DNA from: an uncultured Chloroflexia bacterium
GTDB lineage: Bacteria; Chloroflexota; Anaerolineae; Anaerolineales; E44-bin32
NCBI GenBank assembly: GCA_963789825.1
Contig: CAWBME010000007.1
Span: 175,806 to 239,805, forward strand
DNA: 64,000 bases
Direction: 5' to 3'
Both the position numbers and the translations under genes were made by a program. Of this stretch, positions 1 to 8,986 are shown in pieces; position 1 is the first letter of the stretch; each line of letters starts with the position of its first letter. Below the pieces are notes generated by a model that worked only from the letters and a program-made list of their open reading frames with translations, was not told the DNA's origin and ran no database searches.

Positions 1-473
1 TAGCGATAACTGGCGCCCCAGGCATCAACATAGGCCCACGGACGGGAGACGTCGTAGACGACGCCGATTTCCCAGACCGCCAGGGCGATCGACACCAGGT
101 AGGGAATCGCCAACAGCCAGCCGTGCTGACGCGCCAGGCTCCAGTCTTCGGGGAACCGCATCGCCAGGCTGATCAGCCCCCCGCCCAGCATGGCGACGGC
201 GAGCGTCCACGCTGCCGCGCCCAGGTGGGTGGTTGAGAGATCAAAGAGCAGCATGCACGCCAGCGCGGTCGAGGCGCAGAAGAAGGCCAGCGCTCGCCCG
301 GGGCGGGTGCTGCCGCGCAATCGGTAGATCCAGATGGCGATCACGAGATAGACCAGCCCGACGGTGTAGGGGATGAGGAAAAGGCGAACGAGATCCTCCC
401 CGGGGAAGGCGATCAACTCGACCCCCGGGAACAGATCTCCCGTTCCATCCGGCAGGCGGGTGAAGACCGGCAC
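1..473 (-). CDS. multi-pass membrane protein, 5' part only (gene runs off window start)
   Basis: The reverse frame is open from ~526 to nt 1. It is absent from the ORF track because there is no in-window stop. Translation ...VPVFTRLPDGTGDLFPGVELIAF...LIPYTVGLVYLVIAIWIY...ALAFFCASTALACMLLF...AAAWTLAVAMLGGGLISLAM...GWLLAIPYLVSIALAVW shows at least 4 hydrophobic helices. GAGGGG lies 6 nt upstream of the GTG at 473; the start is uncertain. Confidence 0.5.
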   Translation of the reverse strand, partial: MPVFTRLPDGTGDLFPGVELIAFPGEDLVRLFLIPYTVGLVYLVIAIWIYRLRGSTRPGRALAFFCASTALACMLLFDLSTTHLGAAAWTLAVAMLGGGLISLAMRFPEDWSLARQHGWLLAIPYLVSIALAVWEIGVVYDVSRPWAYVDAWGASYR

Positions 474-550
474 GGCTTGCCCCTCGGACAGCGATGCGAC
501 CAGACGCTGGAAATCCCCTGGTGGTGGTCGCGGCAAAGCCCGCCAGCGGC

Positions 551-756
551 GGGCGAGAGGGCGATCACCTTAAGGAACGGCCTGCAAGACAAGCAACATC
601 GCCCCGGCCAACGTCTGGAGTTCGCCTCGGCTCGCACGGACGCCGGGGCTGGCGGGCGCGAGGGCGATCACCTTGAGAAACCGCCCGCAAGACATGCAGC
701 ATCGCCCCGGCCAGCAACTTGCTCGCCCCCGCTCGCACGGACGCAGGGGCGATGGG
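551..756. repeat. two tandem ~102-bp imperfect direct repeats
   Basis: Landmarks recur at +101 to +103 nt: GGGCGATCACCTT (559/662), CATCGCCCCGGCC (597/700), GCTCGCACGG (630/731). Each unit carries inverted arms GGGCGAT...ATCGCCC. Confidence 0.8.
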
Positions 757-766
757 CGGTAAGTCC

Positions 767-826
767 GTGGGTAGGCCCCCATCCGCTCGACAGGACCACC
801 GCTGTCCCTGCCCGGCTTGGTCACGG
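767..826. repeat. 60-nt repeat, copy 1 (second copy at 1873-1933)
   Basis: GTGGGTAGGCCCCCATCCGCTCGACAGGACCACCGCTGTCCCTGCCCGGCTTGGTCACGG differs from the 1873-1933 copy by one 1-nt indel and one substitution. Confidence 0.85.
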
Positions 827-831
827 TTCTT

Positions 832-1690
832 CTGGCGCAGCGACAAGATCACCGCCATCACCGGAAGCATGCTGGCAGTCATCAACAGGACCAGCAGCGT
901 GCGCGCGTACCCCTGCACGGAGGACATCAGCATCGCCCAATGGTCCTCCGTGACCAGGACCCCAGTCCGATCCCGGGATCGGGGCATAGGCGGTGATCAC
1001 ATCGTGGCCGCTCTTGTCGCGCCGCCGGACGGCTCCAGAGGTGCCCGCCAGAACCTGTGGGGGCAGCTCACGCTCGGCAAGCTCACGTCCGATCTGGCTG
1101 GAGCCCGAGTCGTACGAGCGATCTTGCCCATCCCATCGAGGAGATAGGTGTTTCCACTTTGGCCCAGCCGCAGGCGGACGATGCTGGCGTAGAACGGGCT
1201 GATTGCCGACTCCCCCAGGCGGAACATCCCCGCCAGCGCCCCCAGGAACTCGCCATTGGGCGATCGGACCGGGGCGGCTATCACGACAACCCAGCTCCCC
1301 TGGGGACCATCCTGCGGCCGCGTCGGACATCACAAACCGGCGCCGGATCAGCAAGTCGCGGAAGTAGGAGCGGTCGGACCAGTCCTCCCCGTTGATCTCA
1401 GGCCGGGCGGGGTCGGCGCCAATCACCCTGCCGAAGTTGTCCAGCAAGACGACTCCGCCATCGAACACGGAGAGCCGGCCGGAGAGATTGTGCAGCGCGC
1501 GGCGTCGCTGCAGGTGGTCACTGGCTACGAGTTCCCGGGGAGATCGGGAGACCGAGTTCAAGCAATTCGATGAATTTGCCGAACTCATCACTTAACCGCG
1601 AGGCGGACAGGTAGGCGAGCTGGTGATCGCGCTCGATGACCAGCGCCGACAGCGCGCTCCGGTAGGATAGAAGGCATACGCTGCATCACC
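832..1690 (-). pseudogene. dCache-type periplasmic sensor protein, fragmented (at least 4 frame switches, no N-terminal TM and no output domain visible)
   Basis: Minus-strand pieces lie in alternating frames. In order: LSALVIERDHQLAYLSASRLSDEFGKFIELL; LSGRLSVFDGGVVLLDNFGRVIGADPARPEINGEDWSDRSYFRDLL; IAAPVRSPNGEFLGALAGMFRLGESAISPFYASIVRLRLGQSGNTYLLDGMGKI; YDSGSSQIGRELAERELPPQVLAGTSGAVRRRDKSGHDVITAYAPIPGSDWG; LVTEDHWAMLMSSVQGYARTLLVLLMTASMLPVMAVILSLRQKN (TM2). This is the layout of Cache sensor domains. Confidence 0.55.
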
Positions 1691-1872
1691 GCCCAGGGCA
1701 GGCAGGCCACTCTCATGCCAGCGAAAGGAGTCTCGAGCCCTATGCGGGGCACACTGCGCGCGTTCATGTCGGAGCGGCTTCCGAAATCGGCTGCACCGCC
1801 TGGATCTCGTCCGAGATCTGGCGCATGAGCTCGACCGCGTGGACGCACGCGACGTGCATGGCAGCTGAGTTC

Positions 1873-1933
1873 GTGGGTAGGCGCCCCATCCGCTCGACAG
1901 GACCACCACTGTCCCTGCCCGGCTTGGTCACGG
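1873..1933. repeat. 61-nt repeat, copy 2 (first copy at 767-826)
   Basis: GTGGGTAGGCGCCCCATCCGCTCGACAGGACCACCACTGTCCCTGCCCGGCTTGGTCACGG is near-identical to 767-826. Weaker similarity continues on both flanks. Confidence 0.85.
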
Positions 1934-1964
1934 CCCAGGCTTCTTGCCATCACCGCCTGATCCC

Positions 1965-2121
1965 GCCATCCGACGTTGGAGTCCGCATAGCGTTGGACTT
2001 GCTCGAACAACCCGGGCTCTCATTGCCAGGGGAATGAACCCCTTCGACCGCCGCCAGGTAGACTCAGTTGCCATCCGACGGTGAGGTCCGCATAGCCTTG
2101 GACTGCTCGAACAACCCGGGC
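1965..2121. repeat. two ~52-nt direct repeats spaced 105 nt apart
   Basis: GCCATCCGACGTTGGAGTCCGCATAGCGTTGGACTTGCTCGAACAACCCGGGC (1965-2017) versus GCCATCCGACGGTGAGGTCCGCATAGCCTTGGACTGCTCGAACAACCCGGGC (2070-2121). Confidence 0.8.
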
Positions 2122-2174
2122 ACCCGTTGCTCCGGCGAATGTCTGGTAGTATCGGCGCCTCGGAGGAGCCTGTG

Positions 2175-3109
2175 ATGCGACCCTTTGTGCTTGCCACCTG
2201 TTGCCTGGGCTTCGCCGCCGGGGTGCTTGCGGCGTGCGCCCCCACCACGCCAACTGCACAACCCGACCCGGTTACGCAGGTCGAAGACATTGACACCCTG
2301 CTCGATCGGCGCTTTCAGTCCTTCATCAATGGGACCGAGGCCTACGGCGCTTTGGGGATGGCTGAGTTTCGGGATTGGCTTGACGACGACCCGGCACCCT
2401 TCGTCCTCGACGTCCGGACGCGGGAGGAGGCGGAGGCAACCGGCCACATCGCCGGTGCCGTGAACATTCCCCTGCAGGAACTGGCCAGCCGGACCGAGCT
2501 GCTGCCTGGGTTCGACACGACCATCGTCACCTACTGCGGCAGCGGCTGGCGCTGCACCATGGCCTTGCCCGTGCTAGCCGCACTTGGGTGGGAGTCCGTC
2601 TACACACTCCGCGACGGCAGCCTGTCGGGATGGCAACTCCAGGGATATCCGGTTGTGCCAGGCGCTCCCCCGGAGCCGGAGCAAGCTCAACGCCGTCGCG
2701 CCGGATCCCGCGCGCCCTCGAGCACATGCACGCGGTGTTGGCGTGCCTCCCCGACGACAATGGCGCGATGAGTCCCGAGGAACTCGATCAGGCGCTCGGC
2801 GACGGGGATCCGCTTGTCCTGCTGGATATCCGCACCGTGGACGAGACCCAGACCAAGGGGACCATCCGCTCGAAATCGCAGTTGCGCATCGCGATCGACG
2901 AATTGACCGCCCGCCGGGGGGAACTACCGCAGGACAAGTCGACGCGCATCGTGACCTACTGCGGCTCCGGATACCGCTGCCTGCTGGTGATGATGATGCT
3001 GCGCTCGTATGGCTATTCCGACGTGCGCAATCTGGTCGGCGGACTGGAAGCGTGGCAAGCCGAGGGCTTCCCTGTCGAAGGGATCATCGCAGCCACACCG
3101 ACCCTCTGA
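2175..3109 (+). CDS. tandem rhodanese-domain lipoprotein (frame disrupted near 2690-2720)
   Basis: GGAGGAG lies 7 nt before the ATG at 2175. The N-terminus MRPFVLATCCLGFAAGVLAAC is a lipobox-like signal. Domain 1 (FVLDVRTREEAEATGHIAGAVNIP...TYCGSGWRC) is in one frame. Domain 2 (LVLLDIRTVDETQTKGTIRS...TYCGSGYRC...GGLEAWQAEGFPV) is in another frame, ORF 2588-3109. Confidence 0.7.
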
Positions 3110-3163
3110 TCTCCGGCGAAGGCGGGGACTTGCCGCAGCCGGCGGGGCACCCCCCGCGTGGCA

Positions 3164-3965
3164 TCAATCCTTCCGGTCGTGGGTCAGGGAGAGCAGGTCC
3201 TCCCAGGCAATCACCCGCGACCTTCGCCACAGCGCCTCATCCCGCACTCGGTCGGCAAAGTCCAGCCACGCCGGCTGAAGCCTGGGCCAGTTCGCCCGAG
3301 GGATGATCAGCCACAATCCCAGGTCCAATCCCATGGCATTGGCCAGGTGACCCCCCAGCACCACGGTGCGGAAGAGCTGGTAGTGCACATTGCATGGCGG
3401 CGACACCGTGCCAGGCATGGGTCGCTCGCCGGTCTCCAGCCAGCGCGCAAACTCAGCCGGGCCGGTCTCCCAGTAACGGCAGGCTTCCCGTGCCTGGGCA
3501 GAGTGCACTTCTGGGCACCTCCCGCGAGTGTAGCGCCCGCATTTCCCCGGCGCCGCTCGCCGCTTGGCTTCGACGGCGATCAGCTGACCGCCGCCCACCA
3601 AGAACAAGTCAACCTCCGTCTTGCCTTCCGGCCCATCGACGGCCCGCACGGCGTCTTGCAGACCAGGCATCGGCCGACCATCGAGCCCGTACCCCCAGAA
3701 GTACATCTCGACGCCAGACGAATCCGAGGCAGCGCGGCGTCTGCCGGGTTCCCCATAACGGCGTCAGCGCCAGCAGCTCGCCCAACACTGCCCGCCGTGC
3801 AGCCAGCGGGTAGAAGACGTTCCACACCAGCGGGCTCTCCGACCGTGACCCTGCCAGATTGGCCAGGACGGTTTGCGGCAGCGAGGCGAAGATGGCCTCG
3901 CCCTCGCCGTCAAGGACCCAACGGCGGGAATCCGGTCGGGGGCGCCGTGCAGCCGATCGAGCCAT
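3164..3965 (-). CDS. PD-(D/E)xK nuclease-like protein with Cys cluster (frame disrupted near 3710-3760)
   Basis: The N-terminal part (ORF 3609-3998) reads ...SRSESPLVWNVFYPLAARRAVLGELLALTPLWG. The C-terminal part (ORF 3164-3706) reads MYFWGYGLDG...GKTEVDLFLVGGGQLIAVEAKRRAAPGKCGRYTRGRCPEVH...ACRYWE...PPCNVHYQLFR. The E-x-D...(V)EAK spacing is typical of the restriction-endonuclease fold. The assignment is by motif only. Confidence 0.5.
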
Positions 3966-4070
3966 GCCCTGCATGATACCGGACCCGCAGCATTCCAATA
4001 CCAGAAACGATGAGGCCCGCCTCCGCGGAGGCGGGCCTCGGCTTGGGCAGCCGTCCGCCGGTGCCCAGGG

Positions 4071-4529
4071 CTATTTGGCGGCAACCCCGCGAGCCTCGAT
4101 GTCCTTCACCTTTCCAACGCGCCGGGCGTGGCGCTCCTCGCCGGTGAACTTGGCGCCCAGGTAGGCGCGCACGATCTCGACCGCGAGCTCCGGCCCGATT
4201 ACTCGGCCGCCGATGGCCAGGACATTCATATCGTCGTGTTCGACGCCCTGGTGGGCAGTGTAGGTGTCGTGGCATACACCGCTGCGGATGCCCCTGAGCT
4301 TGTTGGCGGCGATCGAGGCGCCGACGCCAGACCCGCACAGGATGATGCCGCGCTCCGCCTCGCCGCGCTGCACGGCCCCGCCCACCTTCTCCGCGAAGTC
4401 CGGGTAGTCCACAGGACTGGTGTCGTGGGTCCCAAGATCGATCGGCTCATGCCCTGCCGCGCGCACAGTCTGCAGCACCGTCTCCTTCAACGGGAACCCA
4501 GCATGGTCGGATGCAATCGCAACTCGCAT
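4071..4529 (-). CDS. rpiB: ribose-5-phosphate isomerase B
   Basis: MRVAIASDHAGFPLKE...ILCGSGVGASIAANKLRGIRSGVCHDTYTAHQGVEHDDMNVLAIGGRVIG matches the RpiB/LacAB family. GGAGG precedes the ATG at 4529. Confidence 0.9.
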   Translation of the reverse strand: MRVAIASDHAGFPLKETVLQTVRAAGHEPIDLGTHDTSPVDYPDFAEKVGGAVQRGEAERGIILCGSGVGASIAANKLRGIRSGVCHDTYTAHQGVEHDDMNVLAIGGRVIGPELAVEIVRAYLGAKFTGEERHARRVGKVKDIEARGVAAK

Positions 4530-4616
4530 GAACAACCTCCTGGTCCGTCCGGCGGCAGTACGCACCCGCCCCGGCCCCACGGATAATTCGACGGCCGGCT
4601 GGCCGTTGGGCCAATT

Positions 4617-6626
4617 CTACTTCCCGCCCATCGCCTTCCTAGCGGCGGCGACCACCGCCTCCACCGTCAGGCCAAGGTGCTTGTAGACGTCCTTGTAGGG
4701 TCCGGAGGCGCCGAAGCGGTCGATGGCGACGATCACGCCCCCGTCGCCGACCCAGCGATCCCAGCCCATGCTGACCCCGGCCTCTACCGCCACGCGCGCC
4801 GGAATCGTGGACGGCAGCACCTGACTGCGGTAGCTTTCCGGCTGTGCGGCGAAGAGCTCCCACGAGGGGAACGAGACCAGCCGCACCGCAATCCCCTCCT
4901 GCGAAAGCTGTTCGGCAGCCTGCACGATCAACTCGACCTCCGAACCCGAGGCCATCAACAAGACCCTCGGGGCACCCTGCCCGAGATCGCCCATCACGTA
5001 GGCTCCCTTGCGCAGCCCCTCGGCGGAGGCGAACTTCTGGCGGTCGTAGACCGGCAGCGCCTGGCGGGTCAGCGCCAGTGCAGTCGGGCCGGAGGTGCGC
5101 TCCAGCGCGACCAGCCAGGCCAGGTTGGTCTCGTTGGCGTCAGCGGGACGGAGCAGCGCCACGTTGGGGATGGCTCGCAGCGAGGCCACGTGTTCGATCG
5201 GCTGATGAGTCGGTCCATCCTCGCCAACCCCAATCGAATCGTGCGTGAAGACGTAGATCACCCGTTGGCCCATCAGCGCCGCCAGCCGGATCGAAGGCCG
5301 CATGTAATCGGCGAATACCAGGAAGGTCCCGGCATACGGGATCAGCCCGCCGTGCAGGGCGATGCCGTTGAGCATGGCCGCCATGGCATGCTCGCGCACG
5401 CCGAAGCGGATGTAACGATTGCCCGGGGCCTCGGGCGTGTAGTCGCCGCCGTCCTTGATCAGGGTTTGGTTGGAGGGGGTCAGGTCGGCCGAGCCGCCGA
5501 TAAGCTCGGGAAGCGCCGGCGCCAGCGCGTTGAGCGCCTTGCCGGAGGCGGCGCGCGTGGCCACGCCCTTGGGATCGGCGGGCAGCGGCGGGATCAACTC
5601 GGCCAGGCCCGCCGGCAGGTCGCCAGCCTGGGTCCGCTTGAATTGTGCCGCTAGCTCTCCATGGGCTTGGGCATACCCTGTGAACAGCTTCTTCCATTTC
5701 TTGTGGGCACGTCGGCCGCGAGCCGTCGCCTTGGCAAAGTGCTCGCGCACGTCGTCGGGAACGAGGAAGCGCGGTTCGGTCGGCCACCCCAGGTTGCGCT
5801 TGGCGCCGTCGAGCTCATCATCGCCGGGCGGCTCGCCGTGAGCCGAGGACTTGTCCTGCTTGGTCGGCAGGCCGAAGCCGATATGGGTGCGGCAGGCGAT
5901 CAGTGAGGGACGCGGATCGCGCTTGGCCGCCTTGAGCGCCTTGTCGATCGCGGCCACATCGTCGCCGTTCGGCACGACCACAACGTGCCAGCCGTAGGCC
6001 TTGAAGCGCTTGACCCGGTCTTCGGTGAAGGCCAGCTCGGTCGTGCCGTCAATCGTGATGTGGTTGTCGTCATAGAGGTAGACCAGCCGGCCGAGGCGCA
6101 GGTGGCCGGCAAGCGAGGCCGCCTCCGACGCCACGCCTTCCATCAAGTCGCCGTCGGAGACGATTCCGTAGATGGTGTGGTCGACGACCGGATAGTCAGG
6201 CCGGTTGTACTGGGCGGCCAGATGCTCGGCGGCCAGGGCCATCCCGACCCCCATGGCGAAGCCCTGCCCGAGAGGGCCAGTGGTCGTCTCGACGCCCGGA
6301 GTCTCGCCGAATTCGGGGTGCCCCGGTGTCTTGCTCCCCAGCTGGCGGAACCGCCTGAGTTCTTCCAGCGGCAGGTCAAATCCCGACAGGTGCAGCAGGG
6401 AGTAGAGCAGCGCTGAGCCGTGGCCAGCCGAAAGCACGAATCGATCGCGATCCGGCCACTTGGGGTCACCGGGATCGAACTTCAGGTGTCGCGTCCATAA
6501 GGTGTAGGCCATGCTGGCTGCACCCATCGGCATACCCGGGTGGCCAGACTTCGCCTGCTGCACCGCATCCGCCGCCAGGAATCGAATGGTGTTGATCGCA
6601 CGTTCGGTGAGTTGAGTGTCAGACAT
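4617..6626 (-). CDS. tkt: transketolase
   Basis: 670-aa intact [47 protein letters not shown]... followed by ThDP-binding motifs (GDGDLMEG region: [13 protein letters not shown]). Confidence 0.95.
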   Translation of the reverse strand: MSDTQLTERAINTIRFLAADAVQQAKSGHPGMPMGAASMAYTLWTRHLKFDPGDPKWPDRDRFVLSAGHGSALLYSLLHLSGFDLPLEELRRFRQLGSKTPGHPEFGETPGVETTTGPLGQGFAMGVGMALAAEHLAAQYNRPDYPVVDHTIYGIVSDGDLMEGVASEAASLAGHLRLGRLVYLYDDNHITIDGTTELAFTEDRVKRFKAYGWHVVVVPNGDDVAAIDKALKAAKRDPRPSLIACRTHIGFGLPTKQDKSSAHGEPPGDDELDGAKRNLGWPTEPRFLVPDDVREHFAKATARGRRAHKKWKKLFTGYAQAHGELAAQFKRTQAGDLPAGLAELIPPLPADPKGVATRAASGKALNALAPALPELIGGSADLTPSNQTLIKDGGDYTPEAPGNRYIRFGVREHAMAAMLNGIALHGGLIPYAGTFLVFADYMRPSIRLAALMGQRVIYVFTHDSIGVGEDGPTHQPIEHVASLRAIPNVALLRPADANETNLAWLVALERTSGPTALALTRQALPVYDRQKFASAEGLRKGAYVMGDLGQGAPRVLLMASGSEVELIVQAAEQLSQEGIAVRLVSFPSWELFAAQPESYRSQVLPSTIPARVAVEAGVSMGWDRWVGDGGVIVAIDRFGASGPYKDVYKHLGLTVEAVVAAARKAMGGK

Positions 6627-7365
6627 GGCGCGCTCCGCAATCGAAGGTATGGTTCCGGCCATCCCTCTCAGGACAACCGGCGTTGCGTTGAACAGCGGGA
6701 GGACGGCGCAGTGTGCTGCACCGCTCCGTCAGTCGTCCCGCGCTCAGTTCAAGATCCATCAACCAGTTCCGCATCCCGCGCACGCAGGGGAGCCCGACCT
6801 TGTGGCCGACGTCAGCCTCACAGTAGGTCAGCCGCGCGCCGCCCTGCTCGAGCCGACGCACATCCGCCCGCGCCCGATCGACACTGACCAGGTCGTCCCG
6901 GATCCCATGGCTCCAGAAGATGCGCAGATCGACCAAGGCGGAGGGCTCGACCCCCAGCGGGAGGAACCCAGAGAGAACCGCCAGCCCGGCGGGACGGACC
7001 AACCCGGCGCCAACAGCGCTGAACGCCAACGCCGAGCCCTGGCTGAAACCGATGAGCACAAGCGGCAGTCCGCGCAGCGCTCCGATGCCCTGCAGGTACG
7101 CCTGGAGCGCGTTGGCGGCCGGCTTGTACGCCTGGGCGTCGTTGGCTCCGGAATGCTCCGCCGTCCAACTGAACCCGCCTGGCGCCGCACTGAACGGGCC
7201 GCGCGGCGAGATCCTCCACCACCCCTGCGCCAGCCCGGACCTGAGCACATCCATCGAGTGCTCATCACCGGTCCATCCATGAAGGAACACCGCCAGGCCC
7301 CGCAGGCCATCCGGTTCCGGATCGACGACGGCTTCGCGGATCTCCACAGACCGCCCGGCGTGCAC
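6619..7365 (-). CDS. phospholipase/carboxylesterase-family alpha/beta hydrolase
   Basis: [13 protein letters not shown], the nucleophile elbow GFSQGSALA, and later HGIRDDLV and a conserved His (GHKV). It overlaps the tkt start by 8 nt. Confidence 0.7.
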   Translation of the reverse strand: MHAGRSVEIREAVVDPEPDGLRGLAVFLHGWTGDEHSMDVLRSGLAQGWWRISPRGPFSAAPGGFSWTAEHSGANDAQAYKPAANALQAYLQGIGALRGLPLVLIGFSQGSALAFSAVGAGLVRPAGLAVLSGFLPLGVEPSALVDLRIFWSHGIRDDLVSVDRARADVRRLEQGGARLTYCEADVGHKVGLPCVRGMRNWLMDLELSAGRLTERCSTLRRPPAVQRNAGCPERDGRNHTFDCGARHV

Positions 7366-7368
7366 GAC

Positions 7369-7586
7369 CTATTCCCTCCCTGCGCGGCGGGCGATCCAGC
7401 CGGCGAGCGACAAGAAACCCCAGATCAAGCCCAGCGGAAGGAGGGCCAGCGTGGTGCAGATCGAGCGCGCTGCGCCCGGCAGTCCGGGCCGTAGATCAGG
7501 CGGATCAGCAGCGATCCCACGACCAGGGCCAGGAAGAGCCCACCGGCGATCAGCCGGAGCTGCGTGCCGCGAGCGTAGGCGCGCAT
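7369..7586 (-). CDS. small two-helix membrane protein (frame disrupted near 7490)
   Basis: MRAYARGTQLRLIAGGLFLALVVGSLLIRLIYGP is in one frame. It continues as ...LALLPLGLIWGFLSLAGWIARRAGRE* in another. The gene sits between the patatin and esterase genes. Confidence 0.35.
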
Positions 7587-7609
7587 GTCGCGGCCGGGGC
7601 GCATCGGCC

Positions 7610-8491
7610 TTACGCTCCCCGCTGACGTGTCCGCCAGCGCAACCATCGCTGCAGCCTGTGGTGCACGGCGAACTGAGCTCGCAGCCTGGGCAGGCTCTCC
7701 ATGGCAGCCGTCTCACCTGCCGCCGTGATCCCTTCCAGCGATGGGTTATCGAATAGGCCGACATCCCACACATCCGGCCGGATGACCACCTCGGGCTTGT
7801 CCACCAGAAGGTGGAGCTCGGTGTGCATGCGCATCGTGATCTCCAGCGACTGTTGGAAGATCTCCAGCGCCCGCAGGGGCCGCAGGCGCGCCATGAAGCT
7901 GACCACCGGCAGGTCGCCCAGCGGGCTGGGGGAACGGGTCTCATGCCAGCGGCTCTGCTCCGGCGAGAGCACCACGGCCACCACCGGCCCGGGATGCAGC
8001 TCACGCGCTGGGCGGACTGGCACAGGGTCAAGCGTCGCCCCGTCCACCAGCCGATGCTCACCCATGACTTGCGGGGGAAATAGGCCCGGCAGAGCGATGG
8101 TCGCCATCACCCCGTCCACGACCTTGCCGCTTCGGATGACCACCTCGCGGCATTGTTGCAGGTCGACGGCCGTCAACGCTAGCGGGATCGGCAGTTCCTC
8201 GATGTTGCGCTCACCGAACAGTCCGTTGAGCCATTCCTCGAGGCGGTCCAGACCGAACAAAGACGGGCCGGTAGGACGGAGCTGGAGCATGTCCCGGATC
8301 TCCAGCTCGGCTGCCTCCTGCTGGATGGCCTGCGACGACATGCCGCACGCATGGGCGGCGGCAATGATCCCACCCATGCTGGTTCCGGCGACGGCGGCAA
8401 CCCGGATGCCCTGACGCTCGAATGCCCGCAGCACGCCGATATGTGCCAGGCCGCGTGATCCGCCGCCACCCAGTGCCAATGCGATGTCCAC
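7610..8491 (-). CDS. patatin-like phospholipase
   Basis: VDIALALGGGGSRGLAHIGVLRAFERQGIRVAAVAGTSMGGIIAA has the GGGxRG oxyanion motif and the GxSxG nucleophile; DGA follows later (LVDGATLDPVP). GAGGAAGG lies 6 nt upstream of the GTG at 8491. Confidence 0.85.
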   Translation of the reverse strand: MDIALALGGGGSRGLAHIGVLRAFERQGIRVAAVAGTSMGGIIAAAHACGMSSQAIQQEAAELEIRDMLQLRPTGPSLFGLDRLEEWLNGLFGERNIEELPIPLALTAVDLQQCREVVIRSGKVVDGVMATIALPGLFPPQVMGEHRLVDGATLDPVPVRPARELHPGPVVAVVLSPEQSRWHETRSPSPLGDLPVVSFMARLRPLRALEIFQQSLEITMRMHTELHLLVDKPEVVIRPDVWDVGLFDNPSLEGITAAGETAAMESLPRLRAQFAVHHRLQRWLRWRTRQRGA

Positions 8492-8508
8492 AGCCTGCCT
8501 TCCTCTAC

Positions 8509-8868
8509 TCACCCGTGGAGCGGCTGCCAGCCGGGCCAGCGCCAACGGATGATGTCCAGAGCGTCCTCAACCGGATCCTGGTCGAAAGGCAGGGAGAACG
8601 CTTGGTCAACTCGCTCGGTCAGCCGCCCGGCGGCCAGGCGAACTGGCAAGGGCAGCGCGTCATCCGCTGCCGCTGACCGCAGGGTTTGGTAGGCGTCGCC
8701 CGTCTTGCCTTCTTGGATCTCTGTCTGGCTCGTCGGCCAGCCCCCCAGCGCCCACCCGGCGGCCCGCCGCGCACACACGCGGGCTCGGCCGTGGTTGCCG
8801 GCCTGCCGCGCCCACCGGGCCCGGGCAAGCTCGGCGGCCACGCGCTCGCCCAGCTGCGGGTGCCTCAC
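8509..8868 (-). CDS. hypothetical helical protein
   Basis: 119-aa ORF ending 17 nt before the patatin start. Coding-like composition; no family recognised. Confidence 0.45.
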   Translation of the reverse strand: MRHPQLGERVAAELARARWARQAGNHGRARVCARRAAGWALGGWPTSQTEIQEGKTGDAYQTLRSAAADDALPLPVRLAAGRLTERVDQAFSLPFDQDPVEDALDIIRWRWPGWQPLHG

Positions 8869-8986
8869 GCTTCCAATCTATCATAGACCTCCAGCGCGGG
8901 TTGAACCGGCTCCCGCAGGCATTTGACACTTCTCTTTCGGCGCGGCCTCGCCGGGCCAGGCCGGGACCGCCAGCCAGGGTGGTAAG

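Noticed and set aside
551-756. The tandem repeats as a CRISPR array
   Set aside because: There are only about 2 copies and the units are ~102 bp and directly abutting, with no spacers. No cas genes are present in the window.
551-2121. The repeat pairs as a DGR template/variable repeat
   Set aside because: Differences between copies are not confined to adenine positions. There are indels between copies. No reverse transcriptase is present in the window.
8509-8868. An R-x4-H string (RQAGNH) suggesting a HEPN ribonuclease upstream of patatin
   Set aside because: The motif sits near the N-terminus rather than in the usual HEPN helix-4 position, and nothing else matches. I kept the gene as a plain hypothetical protein.
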